Below, piece after piece: positions 46,654 to 60,438 of a stretch of DNA of 64,000 nucleotides. The position numbers and the translations under genes are program-made. The notes below the pieces were generated by a model that was given only the letters and a program-made list of their open reading frames with translations, was not told the DNA's origin and made no database searches. Position 1 is the stretch's first letter. Each line of letters starts with the position of its first letter. The DNA is from Anthoceros angustus. Its lineage: Eukaryota > Plantae > Anthocerotophyta. Location of the stretch: the NCBI GenBank assembly GCA_010909165.1, contig MU008182.1, forward strand, positions 954,954-1,018,953. The letters are read 5' to 3'.

Positions 46654-49600
46654 TTACAACCTGTGCCGTACACTGTCGTTAAAAGGCAGTGGTACCTGAT
46701 GTACAGCCCTGAATTTTCCAACGTTGTTCAGGTGCTCATTCTCCAAGCTGTAAACAAGTGGAATAGAACAGTGTGGTGAGTTTCATCTCTGATCGGCTTT
46801 GCCTATCCAATGGAGAAACAAAAGGAAGCAGACTAGAGCATGAAGAAGGTAAAGAGCGTTGAAGAACGAACCGATAAAAATTCCACTGCCCACGCCGGAT
46901 GACTTCAAGGGCAGCAAACGTTAAGTCTGTTAGATTGTTGGTCAAACCATAATGTGGGGCACGAAAGGCCGTGTACATCCATGCTAGGCGCAATACAGAG
47001 TTCAGTGCCTGCCAAGCAAAATCCAACGTGTGAAACATCCAAACATGTCCAACTCCCCTTCAACTGCCGGAAAATATACTCTGCCAGTAAATGAGGTGTG
47101 ACGCTTACCATTGAGATGAAATATAGATACTTTCTTTTGAGGATGAGCTGATCCCGGAGCCAAGGATTTGCTGACTTTTTCCGAAGCAGTCCCCAGTCAA
47201 CCACAATGTCCCAGTAGAGTTGATAAATGGTAGCTATGATTGACGACAATATAAACAAACTCTTCCATACCAGGGAGTGGTTCCGTGTGTATGTCACTCT
47301 CATCACAACAGCTATCAGTGCTGATAAGTACTTCCCCATATTGGCTACATGTGCCGGGTCTTGATCTTCGTCAATCCACCTTCTTAAGCACTGGTTTGGA
47401 ACAAAGCACATAAACGAGATTCTTGAAGTGAATAACCACGTCATCAGTCGGAGCATGAAAACATGGAAAGCCGAAGAGAGCCCCAGTGGAAAAGACCTGC
47501 ATGATTCTCCACCAGTAAGGTAGTATTGACACGATGTACTCGAAGCTCCAGAACAGTTTAGAACCCGCGCAGTGCTCGAAAATGGCGGTGCTGTCTGTCG
47601 CATTAATCGATCCTATGCAGTAGCATGCAGCATACTCGAGACTTCTCAAACCCGTAACCTGAAAGTTCACCCAGGATGACGACTGTCAGTTCACGGTAGC
47701 AGTGGGAATTGTGATGGTTGCATCTGCCTGCAACATTTGAAATTGTAGAACCGTGACATGAGGTGCATCGTGACATTGTCAAGTGAATATATGATGTTAG
47801 GCATCTGACCTGGCTTGTAATCTGATCCGCAAGAAAGAAATCAACCAGGACGACCTGTCATAGAAGACCACAGGTGAGGTGAACATCAAGTGCCATTCGG
47901 AGCTGCGATCGATGACTAATTAATTCTCGAGGGGTGGATGAACTACCTTGTAGAATGGGGCAAGGATGACTCTCATCATGCTTTTGAGAAATACGATTCT
48001 CGAAGACTTGTAGAAGAGATTCAAAGGGAGGAACAAAAGCATCAGGAATACCTGTGGTGCAGATCACAGCAGACTCATGATCAGAAATTGTCTAGCTACA
48101 AGATCGTCTACGGCAGAACCAGGACAGTCTGATGGGAAGCCTTGAAATGACTATTCAACGGTTCAACCGCTAACTTACCATGGTAACCATTGGTGGGATG
48201 CTCACACTCTTGATACCGAGAAATGTCTCGTTTCCCGAGTTCATCATAAGAAGATGAGAAAGCATTCCGAGAGTCAAAACTGTCGTGAGAACTGTGCTCA
48301 GCAGCAAGACTTCACGGGACCGCAACTCCGTGCCAGGTGCAAACTGAAAGATAAACGCGTAGTTGATGCGCACCCTTTGCCAGAGATATACATTGCAGCA
48401 ATACAGGTACAGGTGCAATAGGATCAATGCCAGAATGCTGTAGAGAAACATGGACGACAGAATCAGCATGTAGTCGCTTGTGGCGGATGATATAAATACT
48501 GTGCCCCAATAGCCTGCAAGCGAGAGTAGTAGATTTGACAGGCAAACCTGAAAATTGGAAACACGGCTCTGTCGTCCTTGAAATCATACCCTTTCAGCAA
48601 GACAAGATATACCAGAAACAGGGTCAAGGAACAGCCGGAAAAGATCCCTGCAGACCGACAAACGTTCGGATGAGCCTTTCTGGTACTCCTAACACATGTG
48701 GGTGTACATTGGAAAACTGAGATGTGTTCTTGCCTGACAGAAAGGTTATGGTGTGTGAAGCTTTTTGTTTTGTTGGCTTTAGATACGCCATGGCTTGACG
48801 CTGGTTCTTTTTGGTGAAGTGCTCAGTGAAGATGGCTTCTACCCTTTCCATGAGCTTCACCACCTGCCATTCCAGTAACCAAATGTTTTATAAATCTTCT
48901 CGAAACCGCCAGCCTAAAAAGAGCTTCGGTAACTTCCATGGATATTGAATGAACAAGCAATGCACCTTGTCAGAGCCCGCAAAGTATGAAGTTTCGATTG
49001 CCCTCAGGTATGTGTCTGACGTATGTCGTCCTGTCACCTGGGTGCAGAAAATTGAACTCGATTAGTCACGATGGTTGGAAGTCCAAGCTGGGATGTAAAG
49101 TTGTTGCACGATTGCAAATTGTGCGCGATTGCCTCCCTCACCTTGTCATACTTCTTGAGGATTTTCTCGAATGCTTGCCTGTTTAGAGAGCTGTTCCAGC
49201 AGACGAAACATTTGTCAGTTGCCGTCAGTGGCCAGCCCGAATGCATTCTGCTGAGAGCGAGAAGGACGTACCTGAAGCTCGCCAGCAAGGTTAGCCCACG
49301 GTAGAATTCTGTAAATGCAGCCCGTAGCATTTTCTCTGCACCTCGAACCTTTTTCTTGCTCATCGTTGTGTGAAACTCTTGCTTGCCCTCGTGCGAGTAT
49401 CCCTCGTTTTCCTCCAATGCTTGTAGTTTCTTTGTGGTGCCGGCCATTTCCTCCCATAGCATCCTAGAAAGGGCTGAAATAGCTTCAAGCGACTGGCCTG
49501 GGAGAGGAATGTTGACTACCATGTGGCTGGTGGGGGGAAGGGACGAGGTGAGTTGAACCTTAGACGCTGCAAAGCTGCAGTGCTGGTATGTGCACTCCAT

Positions 49601-50687
49601 TTTGTCGTCGCCTAATGTGTAACATACATGATCGTTCAGTTGAAGATCATATTGCGTGTTTGCCTGCAACGTCAGAGCAGCCTGGCCTCCTAGGTTGGAC
49701 TGCAGCTCACGGTTGCTAACATCCAAGAGGTTGAATGAGAAATACTCTAATAAGCTCTTCTCAGCTATGCTCACGATCTTGGCCTCTTCTGCTGGGTAGC
49801 CTAAATTGCCTGAAATGCCAACTGCGTTAGCCGTTGTGCGCAAACTCAAGTAGCAGCAGTAGTAGATTTTTGCGGCTGTAGTCACCTGCTGATGCCAGAA
49901 TTTGGAGGTCGGGGTCGGAATCATCAGAGCTTCCATCACTGTCGGAAGGGGAGTCTAGATGAGAAACCCGAATCGGACGACGAGACCGAGCCCTTTGCAT
50001 TTCAAGCAGAGTCTTCATTTGCGTTTCCAATTGGTGAGCCCTGATTATGAACTCTCCCTCCTTTCTCCTATAGAAACCGTCGACGATGTTGAGCTGTTCA
50101 TCGAGCTTTTGGAAGAAAATTCTCTCGTGCTCCGCAGACGCAATGCAGGGCTCGAGGATTTCCGTCTCGTAGTACTCTCCACCATGTGTGTCTGACTGCC
50201 GCTGATGTACCTGCCACATAGCATTGATAATGGACAAGGATGAGCCCTGGAATTCCTCAAACTCTGAAGCTCTAAGACAAATCGTAAATTCTATCCAAGT
50301 ACCACCGTCTTTGACAGACGGATAATATCACTACGTGCGAACCTTGATGGAAGGGATGGAAGCCGAAGGCTTGAAAGTGTGACTGGTGCGACGAGCCAGC
50401 CCCGTGAATGCTGCCAAGGGGCTTTCAAAAATCCTCATGACCACCTGGTGCTGGGGCAAATCAGTGGAGGAATTGGTGCTTCCGGCCTCCACGTCGCCAT
50501 CGCCAGAATGGGGCTCCAGAGTCAAGCGGAGATCTAGAGCAGCTATGCCCACCACGGAGGTCTTGATGCCCTGGTGATGGTGCTGCTTTATCCTCTTGAT
50601 CTGCTGCTTGAGGACCTTGTAATTGCAGTAGGCATCCGTCCATTCCGGCACAAGCTGCTGCGCCAGCTGCTTTTTGAACTTCACCAT
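46654..50687 (-). CDS. PHO1: Phosphate exporter PHO1 family (SPX + EXS), multi-exon
   Basis: [90 protein letters not shown] and [22 protein letters not shown] donor overlaps the stop, so the last codons are uncertain. Confidence 0.95.
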
Positions 50688-53007
50688 CTTGTGCCCGCTG
50701 CTGTCTAGACGGATGGGGGCCAAGATGCTGATCAGCACCAGATTGGCATGTAATGCGTGCTAGCATTCAGCTTGATGAACAAGTAATCTTTCTTCCACAC
50801 TCGCTCCAGGTCCCGGCCTTGTGATGAACAATCCGAGCCGCACACGGCATGACAGCCTTTTCACTGCCTGGAGGTGTCAGAGCTGCATTACTATGTCTAT
50901 CGCTCTTCTTTTAGTACAAAGCTGCAGCAGAGGCGCCGGCTCTGCAGCTGCACATGACCGATTTCTCCTCGCCCCCTGGAGTCACAGAGCGTTGAAAATT
51001 GAAGGGTATCTGGGAGTGGTTTGCAGGCTGAACATCTTTTACATCATTCGTTCGCAGAGCTGAGAAAGGCACGATTCCGTTGTCAGCTTCCAAACACCGG
51101 CCTGCAGGCAAATCATTTCAACCTTGGCAGCAAGGTCGTGGGTAGCAAAACCGAGATTTTCCTGGAGCACTTTCAGAGGGAAATCAGCTCTAGCTCCTAC
51201 TTGTAGTTCAACTTTCTCCCTAGTGATGTATCCCAAAAGATTGTGATGGCGAAGGACCCAGTACTTAGAGATGATGAGGTTAAACGGATGCGCTTGAAAG
51301 CTCCTAATTCAGCTCCCAGCCTTGCTCTCAGCGGTCTGCCCGTCACCTGCACAGCCGGAAACCGAAGGTGTGTGGACGACATTGGGAGCCCACAGATTTC
51401 CTCCATCCAAAATTCAGGCGGGCAATCAAGCGGCGCCACAACTCCTCCGTCATCGCCTCTCTCCAACCCAAGCCCAAATATTTCAGCATTTTAGCTCCGT
51501 TGCATCACATGCCCAACGCTTCCGCGAAAAAAAATATGCCCAACACCACAGAAACTTTCCGGATCATTGGCCCACTTCAGGCATCACCCAGCAGATTTAA
51601 GGATGGCAATGCCACAAAACATGAAGAATCTGAGACTGCGAGCCAGCACAGCATTCTGTGGCTCAGGACTGTTCAAACGCTTGCAAGTCCGCGGCTGGTG
51701 GAGAGCCCGCCAAAACCAGGAAGTCCTTCGAAAAGAAAATCGACTTGCGTACGCTGATCGAGAAAGATCCCGGAGACTAAATGCGGCTCGCACATGCGGG
51801 CAATGCAGCTCGTGCCCGCCTTGGGCGACGCTGATCAATGAAACAGAGGTCTACACAGTCCACAGAGCAGACAGACTTGTTGTCAATGCGACCTGCATGT
51901 GGATGCGGAACTTTCCAGAAGCCGTCCGGCCGTCGGCCCAGGCCGCAGAAACACACACTCCCAGTCGTGAAATCGGCATGAAGCTAGCGCTCACTGGCTG
52001 CTGCAGCATAGACTTTGGGGCATTCCTTGTTGCAGCAGCGCAGAGCATAGCAGAGCAGCAACTCGTTCCCAAGGGAGAAGCGGAAGAGAGAAAAACAGCA
52101 GCACACACAAGACAGGCAGCACAGCACTGAGCACAGCACCGCACAGCACAGAGGTCTGGCTGCCACAGCGCTCTGGTCGCTGCTCGCTTTCCAGCTACAG
52201 GTACAAGATACACCGCCCCAGCATGGAAGAAAGCGCTACCTGCAGAGCAGCTTTGGGCGTACGCTCCGGAGCTGCGATTGCCGAATTTCGTGCCCGCTGG
52301 CCGGCAATGGCAGAGCAGCAGGAGCAGCGGGGGCTTTTATAAACGGCCGGCTCTAGAGCGGTCCCTTTCCTGCTCCCAGCGGCCATGGGCAACATCCGCG
52401 CCGGGTCCCTGGCCCGGCTGCAGCTGGCATGAGAGAGATGGAGCTATGGGCGGGAGAGGGAGAGGCAGCAGCAGAGGCAGAGGCAGAGGCATGGCGTGGG
52501 GAAAGGAAAAATACATGTGTGTCCTGGGCGCGGTACAAAAGCAAGCGAGAAGCTTAAGGAGAAGGAGAAGGATTCGGGAAAATGGGGAGCCGGGAGGGAA
52601 AGCAAGAGAGTGAGGCCTGGCCGTCACAGAACCCACGCTTCCCAGGGCTCCCTTGCCTGCCTCAGCAGGACAGCTTGTGTTCCCCACAGTGGACTGAATC
52701 TTCTGGGCCCCCTCAGCTGGTGGCCGCCTGGTAGGCCAGCGTGTGTGTGGGTGTGTGTGCCTCCCAGCGTGCTCCAATCACGTTAACATTAAACACATAC
52801 CTGCCTTGGAAAGCAAAGCCTTCGAGTCCTCACCCGGATGATTCCATCTCACCGTGCACTACACTTCCCTGCTGCAGGTAGGTAGTCTGTGAACTCCTCA
52901 GAAAAGAGCCTGATTGGCCGGCTCTCCAGCACAGCCCACCACGCATTGGTACTGTTCGCAAAGGGCAAATTCAAACGGTTGGAGTTGTCGTGTCCTGTCT
53001 GCTCTGC

Positions 53008-56000
53008 TCTGTAGCGTGGCCATGGCCGTGGACGAGGCCGTGGTGAACAAACTCGACGCTGCGAGCCTGAGGCCGAGGCCACACAAATATCTTGTCTCAG
53101 CGATGTGATGGTGACGGGACCCATGGATGCATGCGGGATCCATCCACATCCAGGCCTTCGAACCCTGCTTTGCCCTGGATGGAATCTCCTATTCACCAAT
53201 GTTCTTTTCCTCATGGAATCTCCATTGCTGAGGTCGTCACCCCGGCATTAAAAAACTCCCCGTTGCACTATTTCATTACCGTTGCTCACGTATGCCGGGC
53301 CTGTAAGGCGTGCGTGATATCTGTGTTGTGCAAAAGCTGGGCTTGATTTCCGTGTCCGTCCGGCCAGACACCGGTACCGGCGTTCAAGGAAAATCCTATA
53401 TTGTTTTCTTCTTCCAACGGCACGTAGATTTAGCAGCGCTGCGCAGCGCAGGCAGGCCACTGCGCTCCGCAATTTGGCCATCTTCCTAGCTACCTATCAC
53501 ACACTGAACTTCTATCATGCCACGTCTTTGCCCTTCAAAGGCAAAGCACACACAGCAAAGAAACCCAGTTTCACACTCCAACCCAAGTGGCCCACCAGCA
53601 GCATTCACATGTCTCATCATCCTAAAATCTCCCTTTCCCCCTTTTACATAACTCCCCAGGTGCCCCGAAATTCCATCTCACCGGTAGTTGAAACGATCCA
53701 CACTTCTCAACTAACAGCCCATACGTGTGCACATTCTTACACCGACACCTCCAACTGTAGATTTTGTGCCCACCTAGGCCTCTTGGCTCCGCGGTGGGGG
53801 TCCCAATTCCGACCACTTCATCGCTATATCTTTGTGAACCACCCACATTTGCTGGCCTACTAGGCGCCTAGGGCCTGTCAATGCATCAAGTCCGAGTGAT
53901 TGGTTCAACCAGTGTATGCACGTCAGGACATACTTTGTCATCAGGCAATCCATGTTGGAGCTAACTCGGGCAGGTGGCCCCCGTCGCCAGAGCCAACCTG
54001 CAGTTACTCATACCTGGGGCTGCAATTTAACTAATCTGCTAGTACGAAGCTGGAATGAATTGGGCAATGTGAACTCGAACAGCTGATTATGCCAACTTTC
54101 ATGATCCTGCAGCATATCCCACCTCTGAGGACTTCATCCCAGTCACAATACAATTGGCTACCTATTCTGTGTCATGGGGATGTACAAGTCAAAGGCTAGC
54201 GAGGATGAGAATGTCTGAAAGCAGTGTTAGTCGCCCCTTGTTGGCATGTGTGAATTCCTGGCCAGGATTCCAGGTCCCCTAGATTGTTGCACAAACGATT
54301 CCCCGTTCTGATTACTTAGGTACTGTAAGTGGAGATTCCCTCACTTCCTCTTTCACCCAAAGATTCTATGTGCCAGGCAAGAGGGTCTTTTGAACATCCA
54401 AGGAGAGTTTATTTTATCGGTTGGCAGCATCGCTGTTTCCAGGTCCACAAAACCGTGGTACCCAACAAATTGCGTTCACTGGTAAGTTAGGAGCTGAATT
54501 ACTAATATTAAATTCTTAAAATCGGTTCCGCTTGCGCCGTCTGAAAGGGAACTGTAAAGTTCATTCTACGGCCGGAAACCCTAAAATTGACGCGCGATTC
54601 TAGGGCTTCCTGTCCTTCCTTCCTCACAGCACTACATGCGTGTGCCTCATCGCAGGTGTTTTGTTCTTTCAGTCGCTTCGGTGACCTCAGAGTCCGTGCC
54701 AGGGAGGTTGGCATGCCTGTACTGTTGGATGTTGCTTGCTAGATTGATGATGGCTGGTATAGTGGTTAGCCTGTAGATCGGACGAGGTAATCGCCGGCTT
54801 CTTGCTGTGGCTGGATGTTGCTTGTTGGATGGATGATGTCTGGTTTATTGGTTTGCCTGTTGGTCGGGCGAGGCAATCGCCGGCCTCTTGCCGTGGCTGG
54901 CGGTTGCGTTGCTGCCACAGCGTATGTGTGGGTGCGGGCTTTGTGCAAGTGATGCGAAGCAAGAATAGGGACATCTGATTGCCTTTCGGGGCTCTGATGA
55001 CGTATTCTATGGGAATCTCTCTGATGCACCAGGTCTCACGTTCGTGTCGTCTGTGCGGCTGTTGCGGGATTTCTGAACGATGTTCAAGTCGAATGAGGGC
55101 TCTGAGACGTGCCCCTCTGTTCGTCTTGCTCCCTTTGTGTGTGGGCAGGATGTGACTGACAGGGGTTTTGGTTTGGTGCCGTTGTGTTTCGTCATGGGGT
55201 TTCGTTTTTTTCCGGCTACCTTGGGTGGACATCACCAAGGGAATTGTGAGGTGAAGGATATTGTGTTCGACAGCTGACTGAGAAAGCAGACCGCGTCGTG
55301 TAACGTCTGATCACGAGATCTGTAGCGTGGCCATGGCCGTGGACGAGGCCGTGGTGAACAAACTCGACGCTGCGAGCCTGAGGCCGAGGCCACACAAATA
55401 TCTTGTCTCAGCGATGTGATGGTGACGGGACCCATGGATGCATGGATCCATCCACATCCAGGCCTTCGAACCCTGCTTTGCCCTGGATGGAATCTCCTAT
55501 TCACCAATGTTCTTTTCCTCATGGAATCTCCATTGCTGAGGTCGTCACCCCGGCATTAAAAACTCCCCGTTGCACTATTTCATTACCGTTGCTCACGTAT
55601 GCCGGGCCTGTAAGGCGTGCGTGATATCTGTGTAAAAGCTGGGCTTGATTTCCGTGTCCGTCCGGCCAGACACCGGTACCGGCGTTCAAGGAAAATCCTA
55701 TATTGTTTTCTTCTTCCAACGGCACGTAGATTTAGCAGCGCTGCGCAGCGCAGGCAGGCCACTGCGCTCCGCAATTTGGCCATCTTCCTAGCTACCTATC
55801 ACACACTGAACTTCTATCATGCCACGTCTTTGCCCTTCAAAGGCAAAGCACACACAGCAAAGAAACCCAGTTTCACACTCCAACCCAAGTGGCCCACCAG
55901 CAGCATTCACATGTCTCATCATCCTAAAATCTCCCTTTTACATAACTCCCCAGGTGCCCTGAAATTCCATCTCACCGGTAGTTGAAACGATCCACACTTC

Positions 56001-57623
56001 TCAACTAACAGCCCATACGTGTGCACATTCTTACACCGACACCTCCAACTGTAGATTTTGTGCCCACCTAGGCCTCTTGGCTCCGCGGTGGGGGTCCCAA
56101 TTCCGACCACTTCATCGCTGCTATCTTTGTGAACCACCCACATTTGCTGGCCTACTAGGCGCCTAGGGCCTGTCAATGCATCAAGTCCGAGTGATTGGTT
56201 CAACCAGTGTATGCACGTCGGGACATACTTTGTCATCAGGCAATCCATGTTGGAGCTAACTCGGGCAGGTGGCCCCCGTCGCCAGAGCCAACCTGCAGTT
56301 ACTCATACCTGGGGCTGCAATTTAACTAATCTGCTAGTACGAAGCTGGAATGAATTGGGCAATGTGAACTCGAACAGCTGATTATGCCAACTTTCATGAT
56401 CCTGCAGCATATCCCACCTCTGAGGACTTCATCCCAGTCACAATACAATTGGCTACCTATTCTGTGTCATGGGGATGTACAAGTCAAAGGCTAGCGAGGA
56501 TGAGAATGTCTGAAAGCAGTGTTAGTCGCCCCTTGTTGGCATGTGTGAATTCCTGGCCAGGATTCCAGGTCCCCTAGATTGTTGCACAAACGATTCCCCG
56601 TTCTGATTACTTAGGTACTGTAAGTGGAGATTCCCTCACTTCCTCTTTCACCCAAAGATTCTATGTGCCAGGCAAGAGGGTCTTTTTGAACATCCAAGGA
56701 GAGTTTATTTTATCGGTTGGCAGCATCGCTGTTTCCCGGGTCCACAAAACCGTGGTACCCAACAAATTGCGTTCACTGGTAAGTTAGGAGCTGAATTACT
56801 AATATTAAATTCTTAAAATCGGTTCCGCTTGCGCCGTCTGAAAGGGGAACTGTAAAGTTCATTCTACGGCCGGAAACCCTAAAATTGACGCGCGATTCTA
56901 GGGCTTCCTGTCCTTCCTTCCTCACAGCACTACATGCGTGTGCCTCATCGCAGGTGTTTTTGTTCTTTCAGTCGCTTCGGTGACCTCAGAGTCCGTGCCG
57001 GGGAGGTTGGCATGCCTGTACTGTTGGATGTTGCTTGCTAGATTGATGATGGCTGGTATAGTGGTTAGCCTGTAGATCGGACGAGGTAATCGCCGGCTTC
57101 TTGCTGTGGCTGGATGTTGCTTGTTGGATGGATGATGTCTGGTTTATTGGTTTGCCTGTTGGTCGGGCGAGGCAATCGCCGGCCTCTTGCCGTGGCTGGC
57201 GGTTGCGTTGCCACAGCGTATGTGTGGGTGCGGGCTTTGTGCAAGTGATGCGAAGCAAGAATAGGGACATCTGATTGCCTTTCGGGGCTCTGATGACGTA
57301 TTCTATGGGAATCTCTCTGATGCACCAGGTCTCACGTTCGTGTCGTCTGTGCGGCTGTTGCGGATTTCTGAACGATGTTCAAGTCGAATGAGGGCTCTGA
57401 GACGTGCCCTCTGTTCGTCTTGCTCCCTTTGTGTGTGGGCAGGATGTGACTGACAGGGGTTTTGGTTTGGTGCCGTTGTGTTTCGTCATGGGGTTTCGTT
57501 TTTTTCCGGCTACCTTGGGTGGACATCACCAAGGGAATTGTGAGGTGAAGGATATTGTGTTCGACAGCTGACTGAGAAAGCAGACCGCGTCGTGTAACGT
57601 CTGATCACGAGATCTGTAGCGTG
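53008..57623 (+). repeat. Near-identical tandem duplication of ~2.3 kb (53008-55318, 55319-57612)
   Basis: Copies are colinear. The 11-mer TCTGTAGCGTG sits at 53008, 55319 and 57613. Confidence 0.97.
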
Positions 57624-58345
57624 CACTTCCGTGGCTTTCTAGTTATGTGACTACCAGACAACGTTTTAGAATGAATGACTGGTTCAAGCTGGGGACTGCT
57701 CGAAGATATCTTCATGTTTGAATTATCATTGCACGATTCGGATGAAATCTTCTGAACAAAAATTGCGTCCAATTGCGTTGCTGCCACAGCGTATGTGTGT
57801 GCGGGCTTTGTGCAAGTGATGCGAAGCAAGAATAGGGACATCTGATTGCCTTTCGGGGCTCTGATGACGTATTCTATGGGAATCTCTCTGATGCACCAGG
57901 TCTCACGTTCGTGTCGTCTGTGCGGCTGTTGCGGGATTTCTGAACGATGTTCAAGTCGAATGAGGGCTCTGAGACGTGCCCTCTGTTCGTCTTGCTCCTT
58001 TGTGTGTGGGCAGGATGTGACTGACAGGGGTTTTGCCGTTGTGTGTTTCGTCATGGGGTTTCGTTTTTCCGGCTACCTTGGGTGGACATCACCAAGGGAA
58101 TTGTGAGGTGAAGGATATTGTGTTCGACAGCTGACTGAGAAAGCAGACCGCGTCGTGTAACGTCTGATCACGAGATCTGTAGCGTGCACTTCCGTGGCTT
58201 TCTAGTTATGTGACTACCAGACAACGTTTTAGAATGAATGACTGGTTCAAGCTGGGGACTGCTCGAAGATATCTTCATGTTTGAATTATCATTGCACGAT
58301 TCGGATGAAATCTTCTGAACAAAAAATTGCGTCCAATTGCGTTGC
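57203..58345 (+). repeat. Overlapping tandem duplication of ~570 bp (57203-57772, 57773-58336)
   Basis: Copies are colinear. The 9-mer TTGCGTTGC sits at 57203, 57773 and 58337. Confidence 0.95.
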
Positions 58346-58526
58346 CGCATGAATAATTGAAATGTTTTCCCATCTCCCACCTATGTACATCTCCCTCAGG
58401 CCGGAGCTCTCAAGCCGCCAGCAACAGATCTGTTTCAGTCTCCTTTTCCAAACACCCTAATGACATACCCAATTTCGCACTCATCCAACTTGACGCTTCC
58501 GAGATTCAACTTTAAAAGTGAGAATT

Positions 58527-60438
58527 TCACACGCTGCGACACAGCAGTATCCCCCTTCCCTCTAGGTACGAAATAATTTTGGCAGCCATGACTTCAGGCG
58601 TAGGACATGCACCATCTATGGGCTCCATCACGATCTGCGTTCCCAAGCATCACCAGTTAAAATCTTCCAGGACATATTTAAAATGATTCCTCCTTGCAGT
58701 CAAAGCGTATGCGTTGTCTTACCTCAGAGTGGACAGGTTCCTCGTAAGGATCGTCGATTCCTGTAAAACCTGTTCATGACTCTGAAGGATTAGCACTGTT
58801 TTAGGTCAAGAGACTAAGAGAACGTTCATTGTCTTAATGCCTTTACATTTAATTTTGCCGGCGCGGGCGAGCTTATACAGTCCCTTCGGGTCCCTCTGCT
58901 CGCAAACGGTCAAAGGAAAGTTCATGAACACCTGCGTACAAACGTCCAGATACACTTCACTGTCAACCGCTTCTGACAATGATCTCTCTGACTATTATCT
59001 CGCTGACGCAGGTGAGAAGGAGGGCTACAATGGCACCAGATACATGGAAGGCAGATTAGCACCTCTATGAAGTCCCCCGGCGATACAAGCTCCCTGCATG
59101 CTTCACGGTCTTTCTTGTATGGAGATATGAAACTTGCTATACAGATGATGCCAGCATCTGCAAAAAGTTTGGCAACCTCACCTACAAGAGTACAGAGCCG
59201 TGAGAACAAGACAAATACGTGTGCGTCAATCCATCAGTGTGGTTCTTCCAGGGCAATCTTTGGCTGAACCTCTGGTTTGATGGGGAGCGAAATGGAGAAT
59301 GGGTTGGCTCGTTGTCAGGCATCTTACCAACTCGACGGATGTTTTCCGATCTGTCTTCAGCACTGAAACCAAGGTTCTTGTTCAGGCCATGTCGCATGTT
59401 GTCCCCATCCAAGACGTAGCATAGCTTCCCTCGCTGTAAAAGGGCATGATCTAAAGTGCACGCAAGTGTGCTCTTACCTAAGCCCCAGGACAAGATCCAC
59501 CAGCATCACGTAAGGTCTCATATCCGGATAAGATGCAGGATAGCACTAGTCTCATTCCAACAAGAGGCATCAGCAACCTCAACAGGGGCTCACGACATAC
59601 CTGACCCACTGAGCCCCGTCATCCAGATCACACAGCCCCTCTGACCAAGCATGGCCTCTCTTTCCTCGCGCTTCACCATACACTCATGCCACACAATGTT
59701 GGTGGACTTCCCCACAGTACTGAGAGGCGGAAAAATAATGCCTGCAAGATGCACAGCACAAAGAAGAGCCCATCAGCATCCTCGAGTCTGACGATTAGAA
59801 GGCCTGAAGTGCAAGAGGGCGTGAAGAGCATGCTGACCTGGCAAAGACGACTGGTTGGACACATTGACGCTCTCGGCCTCCAACTGAGACTCTGAGTTGG
59901 CCCACAATCTCGTCTCCATAGCTATCTTCTCACCTTCCACCACAATGCTGGGAGTGGAGGGAGGCTCAAGATCCATCCTCAGTTTCTTCAACTTGGCAAT
60001 CTTCTTCTGCTGCTGCTGGGCCCAGACCCTGGGCCCCAGCGGAGTGTGACGCCCTCCCCCGGGCCCGAAATTTCCCACTTCGCTCCTGATTCCCAGCCCG
60101 ACATCTACCTTCTTGGGCTCCAGCCTCGCGGAAGCCATCCCAGTGCCCTGCAATAGAAACCTCTCATCATCCCCCGACATCGACGAGCTCTGCGCCCTGC
60201 TCTTACAGCTGCTCGACGGCTTCCTCTGCTCCAAGGCCTCGCAGAAGACATTCCAGACGTAATCCGCTGCGCACTTCCCAAACCCTGCGGGCCGGAACAG
60301 ACCTGTGGGCGACAGGGCTCGCTCCATCACATGATGGTGCCTATCGAAAACCTGCGCATCTATCACCACACTGGACACCCGTCCTCCGCCCAGCACCTGA
60401 GCTCTCCCACACGACGCGCTCCCTACCGGGGCCAGCAT
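58527..60438 (-). CDS. APK: Adenylyl-sulfate (APS) kinase with long N-terminal extension, multi-exon
   Basis: [20 protein letters not shown]-loop, [62 protein letters not shown] and FTGIDDPYE. Confidence 0.93.

Noticed and set aside
1497-60438. Sulfur gene cluster linking the S-free Lhcb, tcdA and APK
   Set aside because: The genes are separated by tens of kb of unrelated genes; co-location is probably chance.
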